Counted from the stretch's first letter, positions 16,833 to 26,434 are shown. The stretch: 52,555 bases of DNA from a virus (IMGVR_UViG_3300029998_000044:1-52555), one strand, 5' to 3'. Made by a program: numbers and translations. The notes: generated from the letters alone by a model not told the origin.

Positions 16833-17464
16833 TGAAAATATCTAAAGGCAATTCAAAACTTGGCAAAATAGCAAATTTTAACATTACTCCATTGAGAACT
16901 TGTTCCCCAGAAGCTTGTAATACATGTGGTAAAAATGGTTGCTATGCTTTGAAGGCTTATAGGCAATATCCAGCAGTTAGGACAGCATGGGACGAAAATA
17001 CCGAACTAGCAATAAATGACATTCCTACATTATATCAGGATTTAAGAAAATACTTTACTACATTTAAGGGAAAAATATTCCGTATCCATTCAGCAGGTGA
17101 TTTTGTATCAATTGACTATTTAAAAATGTGGGCTGATATAGCGTTTGAATTTAAAAATATCAACTTTATGGCGTATACAAAACAATTTAAAATATTGCAA
17201 TATTTTATAGATATCTATGGTCGCAATTACATGACACGTAACTTTAAAATAATACTTTCTTCGTGGACTGGATTAGATATACCTTCAGAACTCTCTTACA
17301 AGTTCTCTATTGCATGGTTATGTGAAGACGGACAGAACGCCCCTGTTATGGTATATAATCTTAAAAAGGCTGGTAGAAGTGTTAGGATATGTGGAGGGGA
17401 TTGCACTGTTTGCAAGTACTGTTATGAACCAACTGGATTAGATGTTATATTCATAAAGCATTAA
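16832..17464 (+). CDS. Gp88-like (radical-SAM-like Cys cluster) phage protein
   Basis: GNSKLG, TC....C..C....CYA, FRIHSAGDF, YTK, CGGDC..C..C. Confidence 0.75.
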   Translation: MKISKGNSKLGKIANFNITPLRTCSPEACNTCGKNGCYALKAYRQYPAVRTAWDENTELAINDIPTLYQDLRKYFTTFKGKIFRIHSAGDFVSIDYLKMWADIAFEFKNINFMAYTKQFKILQYFIDIYGRNYMTRNFKIILSSWTGLDIPSELSYKFSIAWLCEDGQNAPVMVYNLKKAGRSVRICGGDCTVCKYCYEPTGLDVIFIKH

Positions 17465-17729
17465 TAACATATACCTAATACTATAAAGGAGGGCATTATA
17501 TGTTTACTGTGCTGGTGTATATACTCATAATACCGATTGTTATAATAAAGAACTTAGTTAAGTTTAATGGTTAACATGATATAGATAACTACATTACATG
17601 ATATAATATACTGTATAGTTATACACTAATAATGTATAGTTATACAGTATTATTATGCCCTATTATTGCATACTAATTGTATGTATAGTGTACACAATGC
17701 ACACTAATCTGACTATTCATAATATTATT

Positions 17730-17900
17730 AATTATTTTAATTGTTTCGTTTGTACGAATTGTTTGATTTGTTTTAATTGTTTAAACAATGGTGAATTGCG
17801 TGAATATTCATACCCCTCCCACTATTCAGAATATTCTGACAATGACTAATCAGTCCCATTACCAACTTCTAAATTTTCTGAACAGTTTTAGTGACCTCAA
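17730..17900. repeat. Second degenerate 9-bp array, partly reverse-complementary to the first
   Basis: AATTGTTTC GTTTGTACG AATTGTTTG ATTTGTTTT AATTGTTTA ... TTCAGAATATTCTGACAAT. Confidence 0.6.
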
Positions 17901-18012
17901 AAAATTCTCGGAAAATTCTATAACAGTTTTTGCAAGTTACCGACAAGTTAGCAAAGCCAGTTATATCAATGGTTGTAGGGTTATGAATTAGTAGCAAATT
18001 AGTAGTTGCAAG

Positions 18013-18189
18013 TTAAACTACCATTACACCTCCAGTCATTATATTCCATGCCCATTTATGTCCTCGCTCATATGTGATTTCAGTTGAGTGCATTGTGGAG
18101 TAAAAGTATTCCCCATCCCAGAAAATTACTTCCTCCTCAAAGAATGTGTTTATGATTTCCATTATTGTGTATGGTGTTTTATTTGGCAT
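18013..18189 (-). CDS. 58-aa hypothetical protein (not in ORF track)
   Basis: RBS GGAGGAAG; MPNKTPYTIMEIINTFFEEEVIFWDGEYFYS... Confidence 0.6.
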   Translation of the reverse strand: MPNKTPYTIMEIINTFFEEEVIFWDGEYFYSTMHSTEITYERGHKWAWNIMTGGVMVV

Positions 18190-18328
18190 TTTTATCTTCC
18201 TCCTCCTTAATTGATTCTACTAATTGTGCATATGTGGTTCTAATTTCTATTGGTATCCTATTATCCATTAACATCAATCCTAGAACTCTACATATTGATG
18301 CTAATGTTTTTTTATGTTTATCTTCCAT
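18179..18328 (-). CDS. 49-aa hypothetical protein
   Basis: RBS GGAGGTGA before MEDKHKK; downstream of a consensus minus-strand promoter. Confidence 0.65.
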   Translation of the reverse strand: MEDKHKKTLASICRVLGLMLMDNRIPIEIRTTYAQLVESIKEEEDKNAK

Positions 18329-18347
18329 TCCCTCACCTCCTAAACAT

Positions 18348-18376
18348 ATTATACCATATAGGATAGGTAATGTCAA
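18348..18376 (-). promoter_or_regulatory. SigmaA promoter on the minus strand
   Basis: TTGACA-17bp-TATAAT with TG. Confidence 0.8.
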
Positions 18377-18482
18377 GAAATATTTTTGGAAATGTAGGTT
18401 AAAATGAGGTAAAATCAGTTATAGTAGTTATGAGAAATGACATAGGAAGAAAGAAGGGATTAATATTTTAAAAGATTACGAA

Positions 18483-19238
18483 ATGATAGTGCATAAATTT
18501 GGTAGGGATGTTGACCATATAAATCTGTATTCGCTGGGAGATTTGCATATAGGTTCTAGTGAGTTTTCATTGGAACAGTGGTATAAGTGGAAAACCAGAG
18601 TTATGGAGGATGAATTTGGATATATAGTAGTTTTAGGTGATTTAATGGACAATGGTTTAAAGAATAGCAAGACTGATTGTTTTGGAGCAACTATGCGACC
18701 AAGAGAGCAAAGAGAATGGCTTGTAGAGGAACTTAGACCGTTAAAAGATAAGATATTATGTATAACCAGAGGAAACCATGAAAAAAGGTCGGCTGACTTA
18801 TCAGATGATTGTCCCATTTATATAGTGGCTTGTATGCTAGGTATAGAGCATTTGTATCGTGAGAATATGTGTTTTGTCAAGGTATCTTTGGGTGACAAGA
18901 ATAAAGAAAGGCAGTATTCTTATGGAATAGCAGTTGGACATGGCTCGTCAAGAGGTAAGGCTAAAAATTTCAGCTATTCAATTGACAGCATGGATGTATT
19001 TTTTACTGGTCATACTCATACTCCAGAGGAAAGTTATCCAGCTAAACTGGTTATGGACTTGAGAAATGAAACTGTAGCACAAGTAGGCTTTATACACATG
19101 ATAGTGCCAAGTTTCTTGGAATTAGGTGGGTATGCCCTTGCTGGGATGTATATGCCCACAGACTTTAGAAGGATACCATATGTATCGTTGCTTGGAACAA
19201 AGAAACAAATAGATGTACACAATTTAGGGGGGATGTAG
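18483..19238 (+). CDS. Calcineurin-like metallophosphoesterase
   Basis: GDLHIG, LGDLMD, GNHE, HG, GHTH. Confidence 0.9.
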   Translation: MIVHKFGRDVDHINLYSLGDLHIGSSEFSLEQWYKWKTRVMEDEFGYIVVLGDLMDNGLKNSKTDCFGATMRPREQREWLVEELRPLKDKILCITRGNHEKRSADLSDDCPIYIVACMLGIEHLYRENMCFVKVSLGDKNKERQYSYGIAVGHGSSRGKAKNFSYSIDSMDVFFTGHTHTPEESYPAKLVMDLRNETVAQVGFIHMIVPSFLELGGYALAGMYMPTDFRRIPYVSLLGTKKQIDVHNLGGM

Positions 19239-19239
19239 G

Positions 19240-19482
19240 ATGGATATTAGAAATATAATGATTTTGTTTGATAAAACTAAATTTACAAAAGAGGAAATAG
19301 TAGCTGAATTAAAAGCTGAAGGTTATAAGCATAATTTCATATTTGCGAACAAGATAGATTTGGATTATGCGAAAGATTATATGCGAAAGTGTGAAGAAGT
19401 GTGGTGCTTCGGTGACTGTGAAGAAATGTTTATGTATATGATGGCAACAGATGAAGGTATGGATATATGGACAATGGGTTAG
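19240..19482 (+). CDS. Hypothetical protein
   Basis: ORF with RBS; CEEVWCFG motif. Confidence 0.6.
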   Translation: MDIRNIMILFDKTKFTKEEIVAELKAEGYKHNFIFANKIDLDYAKDYMRKCEEVWCFGDCEEMFMYMMATDEGMDIWTMG

Positions 19483-21023
19483 AATTAACTAAAGTAGAGG
19501 AATTGGTGAAGGTGGTAATACCTAATCTTGAAGATGAACTTTCAAGAGAGGGTGTTGCCCCTTCTGACCTTGTAGAATTATATAACCTCTATGTGGAAGT
19601 ATTGAGAATGGTTGCTCCATATGATTTTGTTTCTTATAACAAATATCTAGAATTGGATGAAGACCATTCGTCACCAACTAAAGCATTTTATCACCACAGG
19701 AAAAAGCACCTAGCTGAAATGTTTGAAGCTTTTAATGATATGGAAACTTACGATAAGTATGATGTATTATTAATTTCACTTCCTCCAAGAACTGGTAAGA
19801 CCACTACTGGTATACGGTTTTTGTCTTGGATTATAGGAAAGTACCCAGAGCATACTGAAATGGCAACTTCCTATTCAGATAGTATAACAACTTCCTTTTA
19901 TATGGGAGTCATGGAGATAATTCAGAACCCACGATACAATGAGATATTCCCAGATGCTCCACTTGTATCACAGAACGCAAAAAGGGAAGAAATCTGGTTA
20001 AAGGTGGCAAAGAGATATCCATCTATAACCTTTGTTCCTATTGGTGGTTCAATGACTGGTAGATGTGAAGCTGGTAAGTATTTGTATTGCGATGACTTGG
20101 TGTCTGGTATTGAAGAAGCACTTTCAATTACTAGACTTGATAAATTATGGCAGATGTATACAGTTAACTGTAAACAGAGAAAGAAGGATAAATGCAAGGA
20201 AGTACATTTGGCTACAAGATGGTCTGTCCATGATGTAATCACTAAACTTGGAACTGCACATGAGGATAATCCTCGATGCAAGGTTATTAATGTATCGTGT
20301 TATGACGAGAACGAGGAAAGCCAATTCGACTTCTTAGGTGGTTTTGGAACTGATTATTACAAGGACTTAGAAACTACAATGGATGAAGCCAGTTTTGGAG
20401 CATTGTATAAACAAGAGCCTATAGAACGAGAAGGATTATTGTACCATAAAGAGGACTTGCAGTATTTCTTTGACCTTCCAGAAGAACCAGCCGATTCAAT
20501 CGTTGCGATATGCGATAGTAAGAACATGGGTAAGGATTTTGTGTCTGCTCCTATTGGATATGTATATGGTGATACTGTATATATTGATGATGTGACTTAT
20601 AGTAATGCCCTTCCAGATATAACTAGACCAATGGTTGCTAATAAATGGGTAGAGCATAAAGTAGTTCGTGCTGATGTAGAGGTGAACAATGGTGGCAACT
20701 ACTATGCCGAGGATTTGGATGAACTAATTAAAGCCAAAGGTGGTAGAACCAGTATTAGGACTTTCTTCAGTAGCAATAACAAGCAAGTAAAGATTATAAC
20801 ATATGCTGATTATGTTGTGAAGCATTTCGTGTTCAAGCATCCTAGTAAATATTCACCGAATAGTCAATATTCCCAATTTATGAAAGATATGCTAAAATGG
20901 ACACAAATGGGTAATAATAAACATGACGATAGTGTTGATAGTATTGCGATGTTGGCACAATTAGTGCAATCATTATCAGATGGACAGATTAAGTTTTTAG
21001 ACCGTAGAAAATTAGGAATATAG
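19467..21023 (+). CDS. terL: Terminase large subunit
   Basis: Walker A PPRTGKT, Walker B LYCDD, TRW..HD, LY.QEP, nuclease HDDSVDS. Confidence 0.93.
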   Translation: MDNGLELTKVEELVKVVIPNLEDELSREGVAPSDLVELYNLYVEVLRMVAPYDFVSYNKYLELDEDHSSPTKAFYHHRKKHLAEMFEAFNDMETYDKYDVLLISLPPRTGKTTTGIRFLSWIIGKYPEHTEMATSYSDSITTSFYMGVMEIIQNPRYNEIFPDAPLVSQNAKREEIWLKVAKRYPSITFVPIGGSMTGRCEAGKYLYCDDLVSGIEEALSITRLDKLWQMYTVNCKQRKKDKCKEVHLATRWSVHDVITKLGTAHEDNPRCKVINVSCYDENEESQFDFLGGFGTDYYKDLETTMDEASFGALYKQEPIEREGLLYHKEDLQYFFDLPEEPADSIVAICDSKNMGKDFVSAPIGYVYGDTVYIDDVTYSNALPDITRPMVANKWVEHKVVRADVEVNNGGNYYAEDLDELIKAKGGRTSIRTFFSSNNKQVKIITYADYVVKHFVFKHPSKYSPNSQYSQFMKDMLKWTQMGNNKHDDSVDSIAMLAQLVQSLSDGQIKFLDRRKLGI

Positions 21024-21034
21024 GAGGTAAATAA

Positions 21035-22528
21035 ATGATTCTCAAAGGACGTAGAAAAATAACTAGTGAATTAACTCCAGAAGAACTTCACGATAAGTCT
21101 AAGTTGGCTAAATTACTTAATACTAGCCGAGTAATTCACTTACAGAATAAATCTGAGATAGATTATTTGGTTAATTATGGTAAAGGTGACCAGCCTGTTT
21201 TATTAAAAACTAAGGTAGTCAGAGATGAAATAAACCATAAGATAGTCATGAATCATGCTCAGATGATAACTAGAAGTGTTAATGGATACTTTCTTGGAAC
21301 ACCAATTCAGTTTATACAAAGTGGATATACGGATAAGAAAGAACAGATAGATATGCTCAATAGGTTTGTACAGTATGAGGACAAGTCCTCGTCTGATAGT
21401 GAACTTGGAGTATTTCAAAGTATGACTGGTACTGCATATAGGATAATCTATACCGATGGATTATTTGCAGATGAAGTTCCATTTGAGGAAAGAACTCTTG
21501 ACCCATCAACTACTTATGTGGTATATCAGAATAATATTGCAGAGAAACCATTATTGGGGGTAACTTATTATACCATAGTTAATGAGGATAATGCAATAGT
21601 TGGAATGAAAATATATGCATATACTGATAAGGGTAGATATGAAATAGTAACTGACGATTTAAGTGGACTTGTAAATGAAGATTCAATGATTGACTTTCTT
21701 CCATACTCAGTTGGTGGTATTCCAATAATAGAATATCCTAACAATATGTGGAGAATAGGTGACTGGGAATTATGTATTGGACTCATGGATGCCATAAATG
21801 ATTTACAGTCTGGCAGACTTGATGATATAGACCAAGTTATACAGTCATTGTTAGTATTTATAAATGCTGATGTAGACCAAAATGGATATGACCAGATGCG
21901 TGAGAGAGGTATCGTTCTACTGAAGAATACTACTGGAAATCCAAGTTCCGTTCAGACTATGAGTAATGAACTTGACCATACTGGTATGAATTTGTTTTCA
22001 CAGGAATTAGAATCTATGTTGTATGCCTTGATTGGTATACCAGATAGGAATAACCGTTCTGGTGGAGGTGGAGATACTGGACAGGCAGTTGAACTTAGAG
22101 ATGGCTGGGCAGATTTGGAAACACTTGCTAGGAATAAGGAACTTGCATTTAAGAAGTCAGAGAAACAGGCTTTGAGAATCATTCTCAATATAGTGAATGG
22201 TAAGTTAGGTTTTGACCTTTCTTTATTGGATATTGATATTAAATTCTCAAGAAATAAGAGCAATAACCTTTTGGTTAAAACACAGGGATATACAACTCTG
22301 TTGGCTACAAAAACTCTTAGTCCAGAAGATTGCTTGACAATCGTTGATATTGTTTCAGATGTAAATGAGTATATATCAAGAGGTAAAGCTTTTTGGGGAA
22401 CTGCATTTGCTGGATTAGAACAAGCTACTGTTGCTGTTGATTCTAGTAAAGTAGCATTGGAAACTGCAAAAAATCCTCCAGAACCAGTTGTACAGAAGGA
22501 AGTAGTTAAAAAGGAGGTTAGTAAATAA
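21035..22528 (+). CDS. Portal protein (SPP1 type)
   Basis: Follows terL; GYFLG.PI, IPIIEYPNN, LIDA-like motif. Confidence 0.9.
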   Translation: MILKGRRKITSELTPEELHDKSKLAKLLNTSRVIHLQNKSEIDYLVNYGKGDQPVLLKTKVVRDEINHKIVMNHAQMITRSVNGYFLGTPIQFIQSGYTDKKEQIDMLNRFVQYEDKSSSDSELGVFQSMTGTAYRIIYTDGLFADEVPFEERTLDPSTTYVVYQNNIAEKPLLGVTYYTIVNEDNAIVGMKIYAYTDKGRYEIVTDDLSGLVNEDSMIDFLPYSVGGIPIIEYPNNMWRIGDWELCIGLMDAINDLQSGRLDDIDQVIQSLLVFINADVDQNGYDQMRERGIVLLKNTTGNPSSVQTMSNELDHTGMNLFSQELESMLYALIGIPDRNNRSGGGGDTGQAVELRDGWADLETLARNKELAFKKSEKQALRIILNIVNGKLGFDLSLLDIDIKFSRNKSNNLLVKTQGYTTLLATKTLSPEDCLTIVDIVSDVNEYISRGKAFWGTAFAGLEQATVAVDSSKVALETAKNPPEPVVQKEVVKKEVSK

Positions 22529-23712
22529 TGGCAGAACAGAGAGTAATAGCAATTGATTTAGATAATATATCCACTACACTGACCTCCGATACCCTTATTA
22601 GACAGGGTGAGAGTAAAGCTTCAAGGCTTGAAATCACTCTCAATGAGGAATTTACTGGATTTGATTATGTGCTTGTATTCCAAATTAATGATAACATACC
22701 TTATTCGGCATCTGTAACACCAAGTGAAGGTATCTTATCATTTGAATTAAGTAATACAGTAACTTTTGATTCTGGATATTTAAAAGTTGAACTTCAAGCA
22801 TTTAATGTTGATGATGAGATATTAATAAAAACTTGTGTGTTCACATTCAAAATTAAAATGTCGGTAGAAGGAACACCTATTGATATACCTATATCTGATT
22901 ACACAGCTTATATTCAATTGGTCGAGTATTATATGAATAAAGATATATATGACCCACAGGGTATAGTATCTGACGCATTTGATATGGATAATATGACCGA
23001 TGGTGTGGATAAAGTGGCAATGTTAGTTAGTGAACGAATAAAATTAAATGAACTATCTACTGGTGGTAATTCGGCATATGCTAATCAAATTGATGCCCCA
23101 CCTATTGACCCTAATATTATAGATGATGAGTTTGATGGTGATTCTCTTGATGATAAATGGATATGGGTAAACCAAGGACTATCAAGTGTTTTAGTTGATA
23201 ATAGTATTATTGAATTAACTGCTGAAAATCAAGATAATGGAGTTGATTGTAGGGGTATAATTCAACCAGCACCTGATAGTATAGATTTCACTATTGTGAC
23301 TAAATTTTTAGGTACTAATCTTTGGAAAGATTATTCCAAAACTGGAATATTAATATCTGAATCTCCAACTGGTAAACAACTTGGTATTTGGCACGCATAT
23401 GATGGTAGTTGGAAAGGCTTGATGGGTGAATTTTTCGCAACTCCAGCTACAAGAGGTGCTTATACTTATTATGGTACACCAGTTCAAGCACAAGGTGGAT
23501 ATATTAAGACTAGGATATATAAAGTTGGTGAAATATGGTATGTTGATTTCTATTATAGTTTAAATGGATATGTTTGGATAACTTCCAAAATAGGATTGGA
23601 AATTGGGTTTACTCCAAATTATGTTGGTTTAGGATGGGACTTTGAAACAGCAGAAGTAGGAAAATCTTACTTTGATTGGTTTAGGGTTACAATTTATAAT
23701 ATTGGGTTATAG
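22528..23712 (+). CDS. BppU-like N-terminus plus lectin/ConA-like C-terminal domain (putative adsorption protein)
   Basis: IRQGE...L.I.L N-terminus; M.K.IYDP linker; DDEFDG..LD..W and FDWFRV beta-sandwich motifs. Confidence 0.6.
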   Translation: MAEQRVIAIDLDNISTTLTSDTLIRQGESKASRLEITLNEEFTGFDYVLVFQINDNIPYSASVTPSEGILSFELSNTVTFDSGYLKVELQAFNVDDEILIKTCVFTFKIKMSVEGTPIDIPISDYTAYIQLVEYYMNKDIYDPQGIVSDAFDMDNMTDGVDKVAMLVSERIKLNELSTGGNSAYANQIDAPPIDPNIIDDEFDGDSLDDKWIWVNQGLSSVLVDNSIIELTAENQDNGVDCRGIIQPAPDSIDFTIVTKFLGTNLWKDYSKTGILISESPTGKQLGIWHAYDGSWKGLMGEFFATPATRGAYTYYGTPVQAQGGYIKTRIYKVGEIWYVDFYYSLNGYVWITSKIGLEIGFTPNYVGLGWDFETAEVGKSYFDWFRVTIYNIGL

Positions 23713-23747
23713 TGTAAATGAATAATTAATAAAGGAGATTGATAAAT

Positions 23748-24284
23748 ATGGCAATAGTAAAAATATCAATAGATAATTTAGAAAGCAATGTAAAGCATTA
23801 TGTATGTCTTCCAACAGATGCAGTTTCTACCTTCGCAACGGATATAGGTGATGGGTCAACAATGTCGGTGAGAAATGCAGTATCACTTAAGCAAATTGCT
23901 AGACTTAGATTCGATGGAGTTGTTTGGCAGTATATTGAAGAACCAGAAGTTGAAGATTTATTCGATGTTAAAATAGTTGCTGGAAGTGGTACTGGTTTAG
24001 ACACTTATGCAATTGATTTGGAGAACAAGGCATTTAAGTATATCCAGATAGCAATAGCTGATACGGATTCCAAAACCTTGACAGTAGCTAATGTTCCTAC
24101 GGAAGCACAGTTTGAACTTAAAGTAGTAACAACTGCAACTGGTACAATGGGTGCATGGATGGCTGGAATAGTATGGGATGCTGGAACTGCTCCTACTCTT
24201 ACAACTGGTAAAACTATTAGATTGAAATTCTACACAGTAAACGGTGGAACTGCTTGGCATGGTAAAATACTCGGTACTTGGTAG
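23748..24284 (+). CDS. Virion structural/fibre-like protein
   Basis: C-terminal W..G.APTLT.GK...L.F.T..GG..W.G. Confidence 0.55.
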   Translation: MAIVKISIDNLESNVKHYVCLPTDAVSTFATDIGDGSTMSVRNAVSLKQIARLRFDGVVWQYIEEPEVEDLFDVKIVAGSGTGLDTYAIDLENKAFKYIQIAIADTDSKTLTVANVPTEAQFELKVVTTATGTMGAWMAGIVWDAGTAPTLTTGKTIRLKFYTVNGGTAWHGKILGTW

Positions 24285-24348
24285 TGAATAGGGAGATTAA
24301 ATTATCCCTTTCCATTGTAATAAATAATTGTAAATTTAGGAGGTTAAT

Positions 24349-24543
24349 ATGAGTGTAAAAGAAGTATTTAGAAATGAAGGAAGTAATATAAAAACATATA
24401 TGTGTTTGACAACTGATTTATCATCTACTTATCCAACTAATATAGCGTGTGACCCATTAAGTAAAATGATAGTGGTCAATGTTAGTACACATATAACAGA
24501 TAAGTATTTATTCTTTGATGGTACTAATTGGAATGAAGCATAA
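24349..24543 (+). CDS. Small protein paralogous to the N-terminus of the 23748 protein
   Basis: SNIKTYMCLTTD...FDGTNW versus SNVKHYVCLPTD...FDGVVW. Confidence 0.65.
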   Translation: MSVKEVFRNEGSNIKTYMCLTTDLSSTYPTNIACDPLSKMIVVNVSTHITDKYLFFDGTNWNEA

Positions 24544-24555
24544 AGGAGGTAAATT

Positions 24556-25965
24556 ATGGAAAGACAAGATGATTTTAAAACAATATTAGAGATGCACAAT
24601 GCTAATATTGGAAGATTAAATAGCAAACAATTGGAAAATATTGTTCGTGAACAGTACAAAGTTTACGGTTGTTTTTGGAACAAAGGCTCAAGCCCAACAT
24701 TGACAAGAATGCAGGACGCAAGGGGAGCAGTGGCAAACGCAGGAGTTGATGCAGTAAAAGCCTACAACGAATTTGATTTAACGCCGTTGTTTAAAGACTT
24801 TACGGAGGTTACTGACAGCTACGGCAATGTGTTTGTAAGAATCCCTAAGATGTATATTAAAAAGGTTGATGCAAGTGGCTACAAATCAAGACAGATAAGC
24901 AGAACGCCATTTACAGGAGCATATCTGCCAGAATGCTTTAAAAACCAAGCAACAGGCTTAGAACTTGATTATATTGATGTGGGTAAATATGTAGCCACTA
25001 CCACGGACGGTACAAAGCTTGAATCAAAAGCTGGCGCATATCCCCTGATAAACAAAAATATAGTACAGTTCAGGGATATGGCAAAAGCTAATAATATTGG
25101 CGCGATAAAAGGTTATCAGATAATGGACATCCATGTTATGGATTTATTGCAGACATTGTTTTTGATAGAGTTTGCAACGATAAACAGCCAGAGTATAGTT
25201 GCGGGATATACAAATGGCCAATATACGGATACGCACCTGATAACATTAGTTACGACAAACACGAACACAGCCATAGTGGCAAATGCAACAGCCGCGTTAT
25301 ATGCAGTAGGACAAGTAATATCAGTTGGCTCAACGCAAGGCGGAAATCAGAGATTTTACGGACGAACAATAACGGCAATAGGAGCAAACGATTCAGGCGG
25401 CGCAGGAAATGCCGTAATAACTTTTGATGGTGTGGTGGCAAGTTTATCCGTAAATGACAGACTGTATAATACGGGCATGAAAACAGGGTTTAGTTCTGCC
25501 ATAACCACAAGCGTTGGCAGCCCTACATCAAACTCAGATGGTAAAAAATCATTCGTTTATCATGGCATAGAATCGCTATACGGTGATGTTTGGCAGTTTG
25601 TAGATGGTCTTAATATTAACGAGAAGCAAGCGTGGGTTTGCAAAAATGCAGATAACTACGCAAGTAATGTGTTCGCGGCACCTTACGAGCAGTTAGGATA
25701 TGTCAACGGAAATACTGATGGATATACAACGGCAATGGGTTATGATGCAAATTTACCGTTTTGTGAACTACCAGTGGCAGTCGGCGGCGCATCAACAACT
25801 TATTACTCGGATTATTATTATCAGACCACCGGTCAGAAGGTGGCTCGTGTTGGCGGCAGCTGGAGCAATGGCGGTAATGCCGGTTTGTTCTTCTGGAGTC
25901 TGTACTACACGTCCTCCTATGCCGGCGTCGACATCTCCTCCCGCCTTCTTAGAAAAGCCCTGTGA
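24556..25965 (+). CDS. Receptor-binding/fibre protein with C-terminal CLec (FGE-like) DGR-target-type domain
   Basis: VFVRIPK, GIE.LYG.VWQFVDG, RVGGSW.NG..AGLF.W.L....S.....ISSRL. Confidence 0.8.
   Translation: MERQDDFKTILEMHNANIGRLNSKQLENIVREQYKVYGCFWNKGSSPTLTRMQDARGAVANAGVDAVKAYNEFDLTPLFKDFTEVTDSYGNVFVRIPKMYIKKVDASGYKSRQISRTPFTGAYLPECFKNQATGLELDYIDVGKYVATTTDGTKLESKAGAYPLINKNIVQFRDMAKANNIGAIKGYQIMDIHVMDLLQTLFLIEFATINSQSIVAGYTNGQYTDTHLITLVTTNTNTAIVANATAALYAVGQVISVGSTQGGNQRFYGRTITAIGANDSGGAGNAVITFDGVVASLSVNDRLYNTGMKTGFSSAITTSVGSPTSNSDGKKSFVYHGIESLYGDVWQFVDGLNINEKQAWVCKNADNYASNVFAAPYEQLGYVNGNTDGYTTAMGYDANLPFCELPVAVGGASTTYYSDYYYQTTGQKVARVGGSWSNGGNAGLFFWSLYYTSSYAGVDISSRLLRKAL
24621..24650 (+). 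repeat. 30-bp site embedded in frame in a CDS
   Basis: TAGCAAACAAT-TGGAAAAT-ATTGTTCGTGA; right arm is the exact reverse complement of TCACGAACAAT. Confidence 0.7.
25840..25950 (+). other. DGR variable-region-like segment (no TR or RT in window)
   Basis: 37 consecutive codons with no third-position A, GC-rich, ending TCCCGCCTTCTT. Confidence 0.75.
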
Positions 25966-26026
25966 GGGGGATAGGGGGTAAAGCCTGTAGTCAAAATACA
26001 CAAAGCAAGGAAGGTGGTTAGTAACC

Positions 26027-26299
26027 ATGACAAAAGAAATAAGATATGCAACAATACCTGAAACATTTGACGAAACAAAGCACTATATTGAGCAGTTGCC
26101 AGCAGTAGATATGGGTGAGTATCTGTGGGTTGATGTTATAGTCAAGAATTTAGATTTAACATCAACACCAGAGTCGGCACCCGTGACAAGCGAGCCATAT
26201 GTCCCAGAGCCTACAACGGAAGAAAATATAACATTAATGGCTGAACAATTAACTTTAGCACAAACTGCACTTGACTTTATATTGATGGGGGTTGTGTAA
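26027..26299 (+). CDS. Fibre-associated small protein
   Basis: PEPT.EE....L...Q.ALD pattern typical of genes following fibre genes. Confidence 0.6.
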   Translation: MTKEIRYATIPETFDETKHYIEQLPAVDMGEYLWVDVIVKNLDLTSTPESAPVTSEPYVPEPTTEENITLMAEQLTLAQTALDFILMGVV

Positions 26300-26434
26300 A
26301 TGAGCGGATATTTAGCAATGAGAATAGAATTAGGTAGATTGGATTATGCAGCAGTTGTGGCAAAATACACACAGTTTAAGGCTGAAATAGACGGAATACT
26401 TATCAATGACGGATTTCAAAGTTTAATAGTTTAA
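26300..26434 (+). CDS. 44-aa fibre-associated protein (not in ORF track)
   Basis: MSGYLAMRIELGRLDYAAVVAKYTQFKAEIDGILINDGFQSLIV; stop codon in site arm. Confidence 0.7.
   Translation: MSGYLAMRIELGRLDYAAVVAKYTQFKAEIDGILINDGFQSLIV

Noticed and set aside
17655-18407. Plus-strand ORFs 17655, 17788 and 18165
   Set aside because: They overlap repeat arrays or the better-supported minus-strand operon and lack RBSs
25361-25371. GACGAACAAT as another cassette site
   Set aside because: No matching right arm 8 bp downstream; lies mid-domain and is probably chance
24556-26434. A complete DGR
   Set aside because: No reverse transcriptase, Avd or template repeat found in the window by eye; only a VR-like end
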